Source of the DNA: Octopus sinensis
Lineage: Eukaryota
Assembly (NCBI RefSeq): GCF_006345805.1
Contig: NC_043012.1
Coordinates: 54,498,001-54,562,000, forward strand
DNA: 64,000 nt
Direction of reading: 5' to 3'
The position numbers and the translations under genes are program-made. Positions 50,146 to 64,000 of the stretch are shown piece after piece. A model generated the notes under the pieces. The model did no database searches. It was given only the letters and a program-made list of their open reading frames with translations, and was not told the DNA's origin. The stretch's first letter is position 1; each line of letters opens with the position of its first letter.

Positions 50146-50630
50146 ATATCCGTTCGTTTTTCTGCCTGTTTTTCCCTGCTGGCAGTGTGTTATACATAGA
50201 TGCCCTTTCTCTGGATAATCTATACTTCTGAACTTCTATTTCTCGTCCTCATCAGCATCAACACTAAATTCAGCTTAACTGTGTATCTAACCAGAGAGCC
50301 ACTGCATGGCCACTCCAGGTACCAGAAATAGCAGCCAAATCTTTCTTTCTCTACTCACGCCTTCCCACCCGTTTTTGTGAATGAAAAAAATGAAAGCGAA
50401 CACAAGAGTGGAGTAATTAAAAAGATGACTGAGATAAAATATCCACCGACAGTGCTGCATGAAAACATAACAGTTAAGCCTAGACGGCCGGCATGGGAAA
50501 TAATTTAACGAGAACATCATCCAAATGACGGTAACGTTAAAACATAAAAAGGATAAGGGAGATAACTCAAGTATTTCTAATTCGATGTTTAATGTTCAAT
50601 AGATGAAATATTTTAACACCAACTTAACTA

Positions 50631-51091
50631 CCGTAAATCCTCGTGTATAAATCCGCATTTTCCCCCAAAATTTAAAGGTCAAAATCCCTAGTGCGTACTA
50701 TATACGAGGTTAAAAATGAAAAATATTTTCTAAGCAATGTCCGAGTCTCTATTTGCTGTCCGGCAATGTTTATTCAGACGCATTTTGTGATGTCGGCGCG
50801 AAACTACCTTAAGCTAAGCCAGAAAGCAATGAAGTCATAAAAGAATCATCCATAACTTGCAATAAGCAACACTTATTAAACGTTAATACTGTTATTTCTT
50901 TATTTTCTGCAAACAAAATGCACAAAAAAGCTACACGTTTGCATTATGTTATATGTACAATAATAATAAAATAAAGGACGTTACCGTATACACTTTTACA
51001 AACCAAGGACGTTATATAGACCCCCCTTCACTCAAGTTAGAGAAGGGGTGCGTATTATACTCAAGGGCGGATTATACTCGAGGATTTACGG
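50631..51091. mobile_element. Tc1/mariner-pogo-type MITE, sister of 16499-17019
   Basis: TA|CCGTAAATCCTCG...CGAGGATTTACGG|TA. Confidence 0.85.
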
Positions 51092-51970
51092 TATATTTTT
51101 CATGTCAGTGAGTAATTAACTTTAGGAATTTCTTTTTTCCCCAGTTAATAGTAACAATTTTCAATTAGTCATCATTTCAACCATCTGACCACCAAGTGTT
51201 GTTCAATCTTTGATGATGCCACCACATTGTATGTGTGTTCATTGTCAATCACTTCCTGCTACCAAATGCTAGTCACTACCTGGTCTTCAAAGCCTGTGTA
51301 TCCATCCATCCATCACACAACTGCACTGAGATGATGACAGGTCTTTCTGAATGCATAGAGATTCTGATTTGGTTGTTTGTCTTGGACAACCTTGATACCT
51401 TCTCCCAGCCTATGAAGCTGGAATTTAAAGCCAGAGAACTCGAATAAATACAAGGGATCTTGTCTGATAATCTAACAATTCCACTATTCCAGTGTTTGGA
51501 TTGGCACTTTATTTACTGACCTTTACTCCACAAAAGACATAAGGTAAAGCTGACCTCAGCAGGAATTGAACTCAAAGTGCAGTAAGTTGCAACAAATAGC
51601 ACAACACATTCTAGCTGACACCCTAATGACACCATCAATTCATGACCTAAACAAAACTATTTGTACTGAATAATTTCATCAGCTCCAGACTTCTAATATT
51701 TTATCAGTATACTGTTATATTTGAAGACACATTAACCTTTCGTTACCGTATTTATTTTGAGATGCTCTCTAGTTTTAGGAACATAAATTGTGATTAAGAT
51801 TTGGTGGATGATTTTAATTCAAAACTTATGAAAACAAGACATTTGAATTACAGAGCCAGCAGCGGTTTCAGCCAGGTTGGTATGGAAAGGGTTAACAAAA
51901 AAGTTATTTTCTCTATTCTATAAAACAGTATCAACAATAAGAATAGCAATGAAATCAAAGAACTGAATCA

Positions 51971-52102
<132 letters not shown>

Positions 52103-52169
52103 CTAGGGAATAGAAAATGAGAGAAAATATAATAATAATAATAATCGAATTGAACCAGCCAGGATCCCT

Positions 52170-52497
52170 GGTCTGGTGGTACATAAAAAGCACTATCCGA
52201 CTCGTGGCCGATGCCAGCGCCGCCTCGACTGGCTTCTGTGCCGGTGGCATGTAAAATACACCAATCCGACCGTGGCCGTTGCCAGCCTCGCCTGGCACCT
52301 GTGCAGGTGGCACGTAAAAAGCACCCACTACACTCACGGAGTGGTTGGCGTTAGGAAGGGCATCCAGCTGTAGAAACATTGCCAGATAAGACTGGAGCCT
52401 GGTGCAGCCTTCTGGCCTCCCAGATCCCCGGTCGAACCGTCCAACCCATGCTAGCATGGAGAACGGACGTTAAACGATGATGATGATGATGATGATT
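52170..52497 (+). mobile_element. RTE 3' UTR fragment with (GAT)n tail (representative; also near 1040, 14583, 15600, 18080, 43333, 44897, 52937, 62335, 63310)
   Basis: Matches 49850-50145, the 3' UTR of the RTE LINE; occurs in both orientations. Confidence 0.9.
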
Positions 52498-54658
52498 CTG
52501 TTCTACTAAAGGCACAAAGCCTGAAATTTGGAGGCAGGGGACTAGTTGATTACATCAACCCCAGTGTTTCATTGGTACTTAATTTATTGACCCTGAAAGG
52601 ACGAAAAGAAAAGTCGACCTTGGTGAAATCTGAACCCAGGTGAAGATGGATGAAATTCCACCAAGCATTCTGCCAGCTCACCACCTTTGCAATAATAATA
52701 ATAATAACAAGATGGCAGGTCAGCAATTTTAAGAGAAAGGGTTACATGATACCTATTTCTTTACTAACCACAAGGGGCTAAACACAGAAAGGACAAACAA
52801 GGACAGACAAACAGATTAATTCGATTATATTGACCCCAGTGCGTAACTGGTACTTATTTAATTGACCCCGAAAGGATGAAAAGCAAAGTCGACCTCGGCA
52901 GAATTTGAACTCAGAACGTACCGGCAGATGAAATACCCACTACACTCTCGGAGTGGTTGGTGTTAGGAAGGGCATCCAGCTGTAGAAACTCTGCCAAATC
53001 AAGATTGGAGCCTGGTGCAGCCATCTGGTTTGCCAGCCCTCAGTCAAAATCGTCCAACCCATGCTACCATGGAAAGCGGACGTTAAACGATGATGATGAT
53101 GATGATGATTAGAGAATGTTTGATTTTGTTCCAGTAATTCTTGTGCTTTTGTAATATAAGCAACGATATGTACAAAACAAACATGAGCATTACACTTCAG
53201 AAGCATAAGCAACAAACCATTTAAACCGACAAATTTCCTTGGCTGGAGCTCAACCCCAAGTTCAAGGATTCTTTCACTAGGATGGACAGAGCATTATTCT
53301 CTCTTCACATGCAAAGCTAATCTCTTCTTTTAATAATGTTATTCTTTACTGCCTACAAGGGGCTACACACAGAGGGGACAAAAAGGACAGACAAACGGAT
53401 TAAGTTGATTATATCGACCCCAGTGCGTAACTGGTACTTATTTAATTGACCCCGTAAGGATGAAAGGCAAAGTCGACCTTGGCGGAATTTGAACTCAGAA
53501 CGTAGCGGCAGACGAAATACCGCTAAGCATTTCGCCCGGCATGCTAATGTTTATGCCAGCTCAACGCCTTCTCTTCTTTGCATAATGTAATTACAAACTA
53601 CATTTGTTCTAGTACACAACTCTACATTACTGGCACTCAACAATGCCAAAATGTAATTGCTGTAATATACCCCATGACAATAAATGTAACTAAACAATAT
53701 GTTTTATCAATGGGACCACACACGGTATATCATGATACAAACATATCAAGACCTATCCGAACCTTACGCCACACTCTATCAACTTGGCCAATTTGCCACT
53801 TACAGGTGTTTGGTGTTTCTAATTATCACAACATAAATATGTAAGACAGTTTAAGGTGTCACCAGCTTTTTGTATTCTTTCTCACATTGTCATAATACTT
53901 TGCATGATTCAGTCCCATGCCAATAGATGTTTAAATGTCTAAATATTTGAGACGAGTCGTTGATATTTACTCTTTACTTTTTTACTTGTTTCAGTCATTT
54001 GACTGCGGCCATGCTGGAGCACCGCATTTAGTCGAGCAAATCGACCCCAGGACTTATTCTTTGTGAGCCTAGTACTTATTCTTTCGTTCTCTTTTGCCGA
54101 ACCGCTAAGTTACGGGGATGTAAACACACCAGCATTGGTTGTCAAGCGATGTTGGGGGGACAAACACACCAGCATTGGTTGTCAAGCAATGTTGTGGGGA
54201 CAAACACACAAACATATATATATATATATATACATATACACAACAGGCTTCTTTCAATTTCTGTCTACCAATTCCACTCACAAGGCTTTGGTTGGCCCGA
54301 GGCTATAGTAGAAGACACTTGCCCAAGGTGCCATGCAGTGGGACTGAACCCGGAACCATGTGGTTAGTAAGCAAGCTACTTACCACACAGCCACTCCTAC
54401 GCCTATATCCTTACTTAGGATATTTATAATTTAATTTTAAATTTTCAGAATACCTTCATCTTAAACCCTTAGCATTTAAACTGGTCATATCCAACCCAAA
54501 TATTTTACCAATTTTATGTTCAAACTGGCTAGATCTGGCTTCTCACACCTACTCTGTAATGTTGTCCAAAAATAAGCAATTACATCATTGAAATCTCAAA
54601 GCAATGGGATAGTATATGAATAATTCAAACTGATGTGAATAAGTAAGTATAACTTTAA

Positions 54659-55732
54659 CCCTTTCGTTACTATATTTCTGACCAAATTACACCCCTTATG
54701 TGTTTCAATTAATTTCTAACGTAATCATAAATTTAGTCTGGTTTCATTAAACAACTATAACTTTTTTATTTATCGATATATTAATCTGATTTTTGGAAGA
54801 TAATTTAATGAAATATTCTCAACCAATTCTATACTATAATTTTTTTCACAAAGTGACTCTAAATTCCACAAAATATAAAATTATTAAAATTTTGTTCAAA
54901 CATCGCTATAGAAAATTGGTTATTAGCTAATATTAATTGGGTATACAACAAAATTTTACGATAGTATTTGTTATTCTGGGTAACTTTCTGATACCCATAA
55001 CTTTCTGATACCCATTTATGGCAAAATAGTCTTAATTTCATTTAAGGTTGTGGGAAACCACTAACTATCCTTTCTTTCGCTTTGTTTACGTTTAGCGTAA
55101 CGGTTCGTTTCTGCCGTAATGATTTCAAATAGGCTCATTCGAAAAAGTAAATAGATATAGTCTAAGGCTTTACCCTTCTGGGAAAGTCTGTGGCTTGGTC
55201 CAGTTTCTTCAGAAAAATCACCGAAAGAAACAGTTTTTAAATTTTCACTCCATTCAGGTGCCAATTCGTTTTCTTTATCGCTATCGGAGATCTCAGATTC
55301 ACTGTTTTCACTTTCGGAAAATGAAACATCAGATTCATTATCAAATACCACATGCTTTTTTGTTTCAGTCATAGAGTTAGATTTATGAAGGTCTTCAGTA
55401 GAAAATCCTTCGAATTATGACTCGCTGCTTGATATAATGAAATTTGTATCCATTTTTTGTCAAAATTACAAATTTTGAAAACACAATAGGAACAAATTTC
55501 GGAAAAAAATCTCCCAAGATTCACGGAATTAAAATTACACTTCGATTATTGTACAAAACTGTAGTTGAACTGTTTACGAAGTATAATACGTGTTTTCACG
55601 AATGTACTGAAGAGATTTGCTCTGATATTCTCATTTAAATATGAATAGGTAAATTCGGGCGGCTTTGGGCGGTTTGGTCTCATAAACCAAAATTTTTTTC
55701 GGGCGGCTTTGGGCGGTTTGGTAACGAAAGGG
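54659..55732 (-). mobile_element. Second copy of the same piggyBac derivative, inverted, nested in a TTAA MITE
   Basis: Near-identical reverse complement of 33833-34910; flanks TTAA and TTAG; 17-bp internal tandem duplication near 54981-55015. Confidence 0.9.
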
Positions 55733-55866
55733 TTAGACACAGTAACCTGAATGCTAAAAGGGTTAAGGATCGAGATATTTTACAAATTTACATCTACAGT
55801 ACAAAATAAAATAGAAATGAAAATGCTGCAAACATTATAAGCTTGTTACAAATATAAACAACTTAC

Positions 55867-55998
55867 CAGCATAGAGAGAACTTGTATCATAGTGACCTGG
55901 ATATTACAGAGATAGGACAAGAGGAAAATTGCACTAGAAGCACCGAACCAATAGGAGAAACAGACCAAGAAAGATGTGCCCATTAGAGTGCCTTCTTG
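55867..55998 (-). CDS. YIPF3: YIPF3 coding exon QEGTLMGTSFLVCFSYWFGASSAIFLLSYLCNIQVTMIQVLSML
   Basis: atttcag acceptor and gtaagt donor; 132 nt; resembles human EGTLMGTAIGTCFGYWLG...YLCNAQITMLQMLALL. Confidence 0.95.
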
Positions 55999-57650
55999 CT
56001 GAAATTGAAATAAAACATTTCCCAGTTCAGTTTGATTTTTTAGCATTTAAACACTCTTTACTCTCTTTACTCTTTTACTTGTTTCAGTCATTTGACTGCG
56101 GCCATGCTGGAGCACCACCTTTAGTCGAGCAACTCGACCCCGGGACTTATTCTTTGTAAGCCCAGTACTTATTCTATCGGTCTCTTTTGCCGAACTGCTA
56201 AGTGACGGGGACATAAACACACCAGCATCAATTGTCAAGCAATGCTAGGAGGACAAACACAGACACACACACACACATATATATATATATACGCATATAT
56301 ACGACGGGCTTCTTTTCAGTTTCCGTCTACCAAATCCACTCACAAGGCTTTGGTCGGCCCAAGGCTATAGTAGAAGACACTGGCCATATCCAGCACAAAT
56401 ATTTTATATTTTTGGTTCAAACCAGCCACACCCAGTCCTTCACACCTATACTACAATGTCATTCTAAAAATAAACGATCATATCACTAAAATCTTGAAGC
56501 TATGAGATAACGCATGACTAATTCAAATAATGTGAATAAGCATTACATTTGACAAAGTAATCTGAATGCCAAGGGGTTAAGGGGAATGAAAATCAAATTA
56601 TTTTCTTTTACGGCTCAACCAGAGAAAATGGGACAGGGCACATGACCTAAATTACATCAATCAAACCCTTTATATTTAATTACTATCAATGTTTAAGACT
56701 CAGTGGCTTTATCTACCTCAATTTTGTGTTTCTATTATTTAGAAAATTCCTGGCTTAGCATAAAAGAAAATACAGAAGGATCAGTTAATTACGATTTTTA
56801 CTCAACATATTCTCCTCTCAGATTCATACACTTATTGCAACAATCCTTCAGATTTTCTAAGCCCCGTAAAAGAACTCGGAAAGTTGGGCCTTCAACCAGG
56901 CCTTTCACAATTCTATTAAAACCAGGAACTTTTCAACATGCCCTTGTTTCTTTCAGTTTTTGTCTATCAAATCCACTCACAAGGCTTTTGTCAGCCTGAG
57001 GCTATAACTATGGCAGAAGACACTTGCCCCAAATATTGTGCAATGGGACAGAATCCAAAACCTTACGGTCAGGAAGCTAGCTCTTTAACCATACATTTTT
57101 GGTCCGAACCTAAATATTCAGAAAAATTGCAAACAATAAATAGAAAATAGCTTTGGTTAAGATGAAGCTGACTGAGAGATTGGTATCAATTAGTAAATTT
57201 AATACATATTTAAAAAACAAAAAAAAAAAAAATCTAGTCTTCATTAAAGAACTTTGATAATCTTTTATCTATTCTGATTGGCAAAAGTATTTTACATAAT
57301 CAAAATTAATAAACAAATTTCTCAATGCTTAGAACATTAAAGATTTAACTAGAAATTCATGTGGTAATATAAAAACAGAAATTTGTCAATGTGTAACACT
57401 GTTTGTTTTTTTTTTTTTGTTTTTTTGTTTGCAGCAAGTATGGGAGACAACACTGAACCAGTTTCAGTATATTTTGATCTCATCAGCAAAGCATCATCTT
57501 CATTGTAGTTGAATCACTAAGTAAATATACATTTGTTGGCATAGAAATACTGAATCATTTCGATATCAAATAATTCAGAGACAACGTTCACCTGAAACAC
57601 TCTAAGATAATGTTAACACATTGATTGAAACAAAACAAGCATCGTCTTAC

Positions 57651-57743
57651 CACTTGATGTCCTGAGGACTTCATTTGGAACAGCAGAAGAGCTATAAGGG
57701 TAAAAATGACCATTGTTGGACCATAAAGTTCCCTTGGAATACT
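57651..57743 (-). CDS. YIPF3: YIPF3 coding exon SIPRELYGPTMVIFTLIALLLFQMKSSGHQV
   Basis: tttccag acceptor and gtaaga donor; 93 nt; Yip1-family ELYGP motif. Confidence 0.95.
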
Positions 57744-58095
57744 CTGGAAACAGAAAGGAAAAATGATTACAAGATCATATCTGTTGGCGAATATCATCAT
57801 CATTAATTTTATGCCTGCTTTTCCATGCTGGCATGGGTTGGACCAGACTTCTTGATACAGTGTTCTATAGCCAGATACTCTTCCTCATACCAACCCTTAT
57901 TTGCTTTCGTATAAGGTATTTTTGTTCTGTGCCATTGCATAGTGAACTACAGAGCTGCCAGGATTTTCATTTACATGAGGCATAAACAATGTCACTGTCG
58001 TGTAACAATATCCAATGAAATGGCACAAAATATCAAACTGAAAACAACAACAATCATAGTCTTAGATGCAAGAGAAAAAAAAGATATTGACTAAC

Positions 58096-58141
58096 CTGTA
58101 TTTGAACACTTGCCTTCCGAGGAATAAGAGATTCTATTAAC
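58096..58141 (-). CDS. YIPF3: YIPF3 coding exon (R)LIESLIPRKASVQIQ
   Basis: tttactag acceptor and gttagt donor; 46 nt, phase 2 to 0; resembles human RLLESMIP. Confidence 0.9.
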
Positions 58142-58192
58142 CTAGTAAAGAATGTAAATGAATAGTAAAATATTTCTGTAGAAGAGCTGTTT

Positions 58193-58390
58193 AACCCTTT
58201 AGCATTTAAACAGGCCAAACTATTCTACTTATTTCATGTTAAAACTGGTCATATCTGGCCTCTCACACCTACCCTACAATGTCTTTCTAAAAAATAAATG
58301 ATCACATCATCAAAATCTCAAAGCTACGAGATAATGCATGATTAATTCAAAGCAATACATTTGACAGAGTAATCTGAATGCTAAAGGTTT
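58193..58390. mobile_element. Abundant ~190-bp TTAA-flanked MITE (representative; also near 17035, 44020, 54461, 56395, 61758, 62775)
   Basis: TTAACCCTTTAGCATT...AATGCTAAAGG[G]TTAA termini recur through the window. Confidence 0.7.
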
Positions 58391-59200
58391 AATATTTTTT
58401 CATATTCCATTAGACTGACCATATTAAATGAAGTGTGGTGAATAGTAGAATCGGTAAGAAGCCTAACAAAATACTATGTGGTAAATAATTGCTATGTTTC
58501 TTCAGAATTGAATTTTAAGTCCTGTTAGGGATCCCCTTAATTTTTCATTATTGCAAGTATTGATATAATAAAGAATCAGTTTTTATTGTTTAACCCCAGG
58601 TCAGCTTTGATCAAGTAAACCTATAATCAAAGGTGTTTCCATCCAGTCTTTTTATTATACATATCATTATATTAACCAATCTGTCCATCACATTTTTTAA
58701 GACAGCAGCATGTGATTTGAGATAGATTTGGTTGTTATTTCTTAAAGTGAACACATAGAAGCTCCCTTATTGCTACAACAACTAACAGAATGCCTTGCAT
58801 TTAACATTCTGAGTTCAAATTTCACCATGATAGAGTCTGCATTCCAGCCATCAAGAATCGATAAATAAGTACCAGTCTAGAAATGGGTTTGATTTCACTA
58901 ATTATCCCCTTGCCCCAATTATGCACTGATGTCAATATATCGATTAGATCCCTTCACATAAAATCTGTGGCCTTCTACCAATGTTACAAATCCTTATGAT
59001 CATTATGCTCAAAAAATAACCAAAGCAAATATCTGAACTAAATTAACTAGAAATAACATTTACACAAAAATTCAATATTGATCTGTTTTTTTATTTATTT
59101 ATATATACATTAAATATAATAATAATATGATGGAATATTATTCCAAACTTACAGGGAAAAATTCAATTTAAAAATACTAAATCAAATTTTACAAAATATA

Positions 59201-59338
59201 ATATATATAAATTAGAAAAAAAACCCACCTTTTATCAATTCAATAATATTTCTATATGTAATTTTTCTAAATGGTATAATTTAATTTTTTATTACTGAAT
59301 TGATAAAAGGTGGGTTTTTTTCTAATTTATATATATAT
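59201..59338. repeat. Short foldback: ~46-bp arms, ~43-bp spacer
   Basis: ATATAAATTAGAAAAAAAACCCACCTTTTATCAATTCA is mirrored at 59296-59335 (one indel). Confidence 0.9.
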
Positions 59339-59504
59339 ATATTATATACATATATTTTTTTTATTACAGAAATAATGATTTAAGCACTGAGTACGTAGTT
59401 TACTTTAAGCAAATTTTTAAAATATGAAAATATAGGAAAGACTTCTGAGATCAGGTTTAGGTTAGACAGATCAAAACAGTTAACAATGGTAGATCTATAC
59501 CTTA

Positions 59505-59621
<117 letters not shown>

Positions 59622-60949
59622 TCAATGTAAGAAAGGCATCTGTTAGCCATGTTAGCCTATGCAGTAATGCTTCTGAATATCACATTGAGATCAGATATTG
59701 CTCAAGGACTAGAGCACTAATCTTTTATAAAGGAAGGGCAATGTCTTGTACCAGGAGTTGTCAAAATGGTATTATAGACAATGGGATTCACTTTCTCTAA
59801 TTCTTTTACTTGTTTCAGTCATCTGACAGCAGCCATGCTGGAGCACAACTTGAAAGGGTTTTAGTCGAAGAAATTGACCTCAGGATTTATTCTTTGTAAG
59901 CCCAGTACTTATTCTATTGGTCTCTTTAGCCAAATTGCTAAGTTACAGGGACATAAACACACCAGCATTGGCTGTCAAGCAAGTGGGGGTACAAACACAG
60001 ACACACACACACACAATGGGCTTCTTTCAGTTTCTGTCTACCAAATCCCCTCACAAGGTTTTGGTCAGCCTGAGGCTATAGTAGAAGATACTTGCCCAAG
60101 GTGCCACACAGCGGGACTGAATCCAGAACCATGTGGTTGGGAAGCTAGCTTCTTACCACACAGTCCCCGCCTGCACCTATATATATATATTTTGTTTTAT
60201 CAATTATCAATGGCTGTTATAATTCTAGTTATTACGATATAGTAAATCCTTCAGCTTAGTATGGTCAATTGTTGGATGGAGGTGGAAGGACTTCATAACA
60301 CCCAGTGAAAGAAGCTCGCATATGATTACATCTAGCTGAAGTATGACCTGGAAGTATTCGTTTTGATACCTAAGCATGAAACCTGCACAATCTGAAGAGA
60401 ATCAGCAGACTGTCTTATTATTCCACAGCACCAATATTTTCCAAATGGGGAATAAAAGCCAGTATATTTTGGCATCAATTTTACACCTTTTGAGATCGTT
60501 ACCTTGAAGCAATTATATTTTATAATAATGCAGAAAATATAATAAATGAACATAATAGTTAAATTGTATAAAGTTTGTGACAACCAAGAGATCAAGATGT
60601 TGAACTCATGAAAATGGAAAATGAAAATAAAGAAAAGGCAATTTCAATAAATGAGAAGCAGAACCGACACTAACAAACATTGCAGTAAATGTAGGCACAG
60701 GCATGGCTGCATGAAAAAAAATTTGCTTTGCAACTATGTGGTATCATCTCACTACAAGGTACCTTGGGTGGGCATCAGCTACCAAGCCTTGTACATACAA
60801 TTTGAGAGAGAAAAGCTTAATGCATTTGTGTATGTGTGTATGCATATATACATCTTTGCTGATGTATATCAGTGCGGAATATAAACATGGGCAACAAAAC
60901 TGAAAGATTAGCGCTTTAAAAAGGATTTTGGCAAACACCCATAAAATTA

Positions 60950-61330
60950 TTAACCATCTTGCAAACAATAACTCTGAGCACCTTTTCAAACTCCATCTGT
61001 CTAACACCTGTGGACATGTTTACAAAGTCACAAAACAGCACAGCTCCCATGACTTTCGGAAACATTTTTTCACGCTAAGAGTTGCTGAAGCATGGAACAA
61101 ACTGCCAGCATCAGTTGTTAGTTGTCGGAGCACTGCATCCTTCAAAACTTCCATGCTTCTTGAGATTTGCCAACACTACACCTGATTTTCTCCCCTCCAT
61201 ACACACGCAACCATGTATCTGATTTATACACTGTTCGCTTTCCAGACATTTGTACATTAGTGCATATACTTTATACGCACTTTTGACAAATTGTGGTGCA
61301 CCTGAGCACTGTATACAATAATTTCATTAT
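60950..61330 (+). mobile_element. CR1-clade LINE 3' end
   Basis: GHVYKV...RKHFFTLRVAEAWNKLPASVV...SFK matches the CR1 C-terminus; ends in (ATT)n. Confidence 0.8.
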
Positions 61331-64000
61331 TATTATTATGTTATTATTATTATATATTTGTTCTTCATTCAGTTACAGACATTCTCTTCTCACTCCTGCC
61401 ACCATAAATACAGTTAATCAGAGCAATTAACTTATTGGAAACTTGCAATGCAGGCTATAGTTAAACAACTGTGAAATGAAATAAAATGAAAATAAATAAC
61501 CTGGATGTTATCAATGAAAATAGGAAAGACAGTTATCGAAATAAAAGTACTGTGGCAAATAATATAAAATTGAGCAAATTCTAGTGAAATGTTTGCTATT
61601 TAAGTCCTTTTAATGGTCTGTATGTTGTGATAAATACTTTTGTTACCATATTTTTAAGAATAAAAAATACTGCCTTTGGTGAAATTAGTTTTGAAAATAA
61701 TTAAGAATTTAGTAAAATAACTGTCATGAATTAACATGAAATTTAAATGGATGGTTTAACCATTTAGCATTCAAATCAACCATATCCAGCCCAAATATTC
61801 TATTTGTTTTATGCTCAAACTGGCCAGATTTGGCCTCTCACATCTGCTCCAAAATGTCATACTAAAAATATACAATCAGATTTTCAAAATTTCAAAGCTG
61901 TGAGATAATGTATGATAAATTCAAATGAATGTGAATAAATAAGCTTTATATTTGTCAAAGTGATCTGAATACTAAAGGGTTAAATTTAGATCACTTTAAA
62001 ACAATGAACTTGTATCATAGAACTATGGACTGTCTCAGGTAAGTTGGTATCTTAAAGACAAGATAAGATATTATTTCTACATAACATACTCTCTCTTTTA
62101 CTCTTTTACTTGTTTCAGTCATTTGACTGTGGCCATGCTGGAGCACCATCTTTAGTCGAACAAATCGACCCCAGGACTTATTCTTTGTAAGCCTAGTACT
62201 TATTCTATCGGTCTCTTTTGCCAAACCGCTGAGTTACGGGGACGTAAACACACCAGCATCGGTTGTCAAGCGATGTTGGGGGGACAAACACAGACACACA
62301 CATACATATATATATACATATATACGATGCCCTTTAGGAAGGATGCCCTTCCTAATGCCAACCACTCTGAGAGTGTAGTGGGTGCTTTTACGTGCCACCA
62401 GCATGAGGGCCAGTCAGGCGGTACTGGCAACAGCCACGCTCAAATGGTGTTTTTTACGTGCCACCTGCACAGGAGCCAGTCCAGTGGCACTGGCAATAAC
62501 CTCGCTTGAATGTTTTTGTTTGTTTAAATTTTTTCTCGGTGAAAGACCTAAGTTCAAAATGTAGACCTTTCCTGTTTTTCCCTTACAGTATAAACTTAAT
62601 TATCTTATATTCCCTGTGGTTTTTCTTTTCTTTTCTTTATTTGACACCCTGACAGAGATCTATCTCTGGTTTGAATTTATGGACTGAATTTGTGACAGAT
62701 ATTTTATTAGAGTATCAATCACAGTCGCAATTACAGCCTGCATCACAAACACAACTAAAAAACATACAAATAAATCCTTTAGCATTCAGATTATTCTGTC
62801 AAATGTAATGCTTATTTACTGACATTGTTTTGTATTAAGCATGCATTATCTTCTAGCTCTGAGATTTCAATGATGTGACTGTTTGTTTTTAGACTGACAT
62901 CATAGGGTAGGTGCAAGAGGCCAGATCCAGCCATTTTAAACATAAAACAGGTAGAATATTTAGGCCTGATATGGTCAGTTCGAATGCTAAAGAGTTAAAG
63001 AAACTACTTTTATTAAATCCTTAAATCTACAAAAACTTCTGGAGCATCAGATATTTACTTAATTTCAATTTTGCATCCTGTTCGTTTATTTGTAATGCTA
63101 TCCATGTAATGCTATCTATGCAATGTGTGACCTATTACTTATAACCACAGTTTATCCACAGATTTTTTTTTTCAGTTTATGAATGGAATTTGTTTCAGCT
63201 ATTGAATAAATTGGCCTTTTCTTTCTAAATCATAAATTAGCTTTGTATAATTAGCCTCTTAAGATATCCCATATATTTTCGTTCAGAGATGTCTAGTAAA
63301 TAGATATCATTATCATCATCATTGTCATCGTTTAATGTCCGCTTTCCATGCTAGCATGGGTTGGACGATTTGACTGAGGACTGGCGAACCAGATGGCTGC
63401 ACCAGGCTCCAATCTTGATCTAGCACAGTTTCTACAGCTGGATGCCCTTCCTAATGCCAACCACTCTGAGAGTGTAGTGGATGCTTTTTACGTGCCACCA
63501 GCACAAGGGCCAGTCAGGCGGTACTGGCAACAGTCACATTCAAATGGTGTTTTTTACGTGCCACCTGCACAGGAGCCAGTCCAGTGGCACTGGCAACGAC
63601 CTCGCTCGAATGTTTTTTCACATGCCAGTAAGGTGACGCTGGTAATGATCACACACGGAAGCCAGTTAGCTGCTCTGGCAATGATCATGCTCGGATGGTG
63701 CACTTAGCGCTCCACTAGCACGGGTACCAGTCATCGAATTTGATTTCGTTAAATGAAAATAAATGTTCACTGTACTATGAGGTATCTGTCATTTATTACC
63801 AACCCGAAATACTTCATTCTTGATGATATTCCCGTTTTCGATCATTAACAATCAGTAATTATAATTTCTATCAGTAACTTCATAATAAATCATAATTGAT
63901 CCAAAATAAATTTGTGTACTTATTCTTCCTTATATACAGATGCAAAATGAACAACAAAAGGGAATATATTTTTTGTATGGAAATTGATTAAAAAAATGTG

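Noticed and set aside
49220-50197. 325-aa minus-strand ORF
   Set aside because: Antisense shadow of the GC-rich RTE ORF and 3' UTR; no recognisable domain.
50486-50496. GGCCGGCATGG, identical to the start of the HDV genomic ribozyme
   Set aside because: No P1 partner, P3 or P2 elements downstream; an 11-nt coincidence.
57430-57600. Intronic segment with TGATGA/CTGA and CTGATGAG...GAAAC (snoRNA or hammerhead?) and possible cryptic splice sites
   Set aside because: Box spacing is too short or lacks a terminal stem; hammerhead stem II cannot pair; the cryptic intron would be only 59 nt.
60332-60595. 87-aa ORF with YTGFYSPFGKYWCCG, considered as a zinc-binding motif or YIPF3 exon 2
   Set aside because: No match to YIPF3 (expected ...QVADQ before the donor); the motif is too short to support a call.

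Overview
AT-rich eukaryotic DNA, about 60-70% repeats by eye. The (TA)n/(AAT)n/(GAT)n microsatellites, tRNA-derived SINEs and RTE LINE point to an octopus genome (inference from repeat content). Two convergent multi-exon genes were rebuilt by hand from GT-AG boundaries and reading phase. (1) MGST3 on +: last four coding exons at 13241-20157, 97 aa; the N-terminal exon was not found and probably lies upstream of the window. (2) YIPF3 on -: eight coding exons at 59612-36650, 309 aa; the N-terminal exons probably lie beyond 64000. The rest is a nested transposon landscape: a young 5'-truncated RTE LINE with an open ORF, R4/Dong-type, CR1/L2 and other RTE relics, three Helitrons, MULE, piggyBac, Tc1/mariner and hAT derivatives, and at least four SINE-like families. 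Best leads: a ~1 kb inverted duplication in the presumed MGST3 intron; a loop-less 150 bp palindrome just past the YIPF3 poly(A) signal; a PHD finger inside the RTE reverse transcriptase; retroelements stacked with fixed polarity on (AAT)n tracts; a degenerate Penelope-type hammerhead ribozyme motif; and an unexplained CpG-rich island between the genes. No rRNA, true tRNA gene, CRISPR array or prokaryotic system was seen. All alignments and identities are by eye; no search was run.
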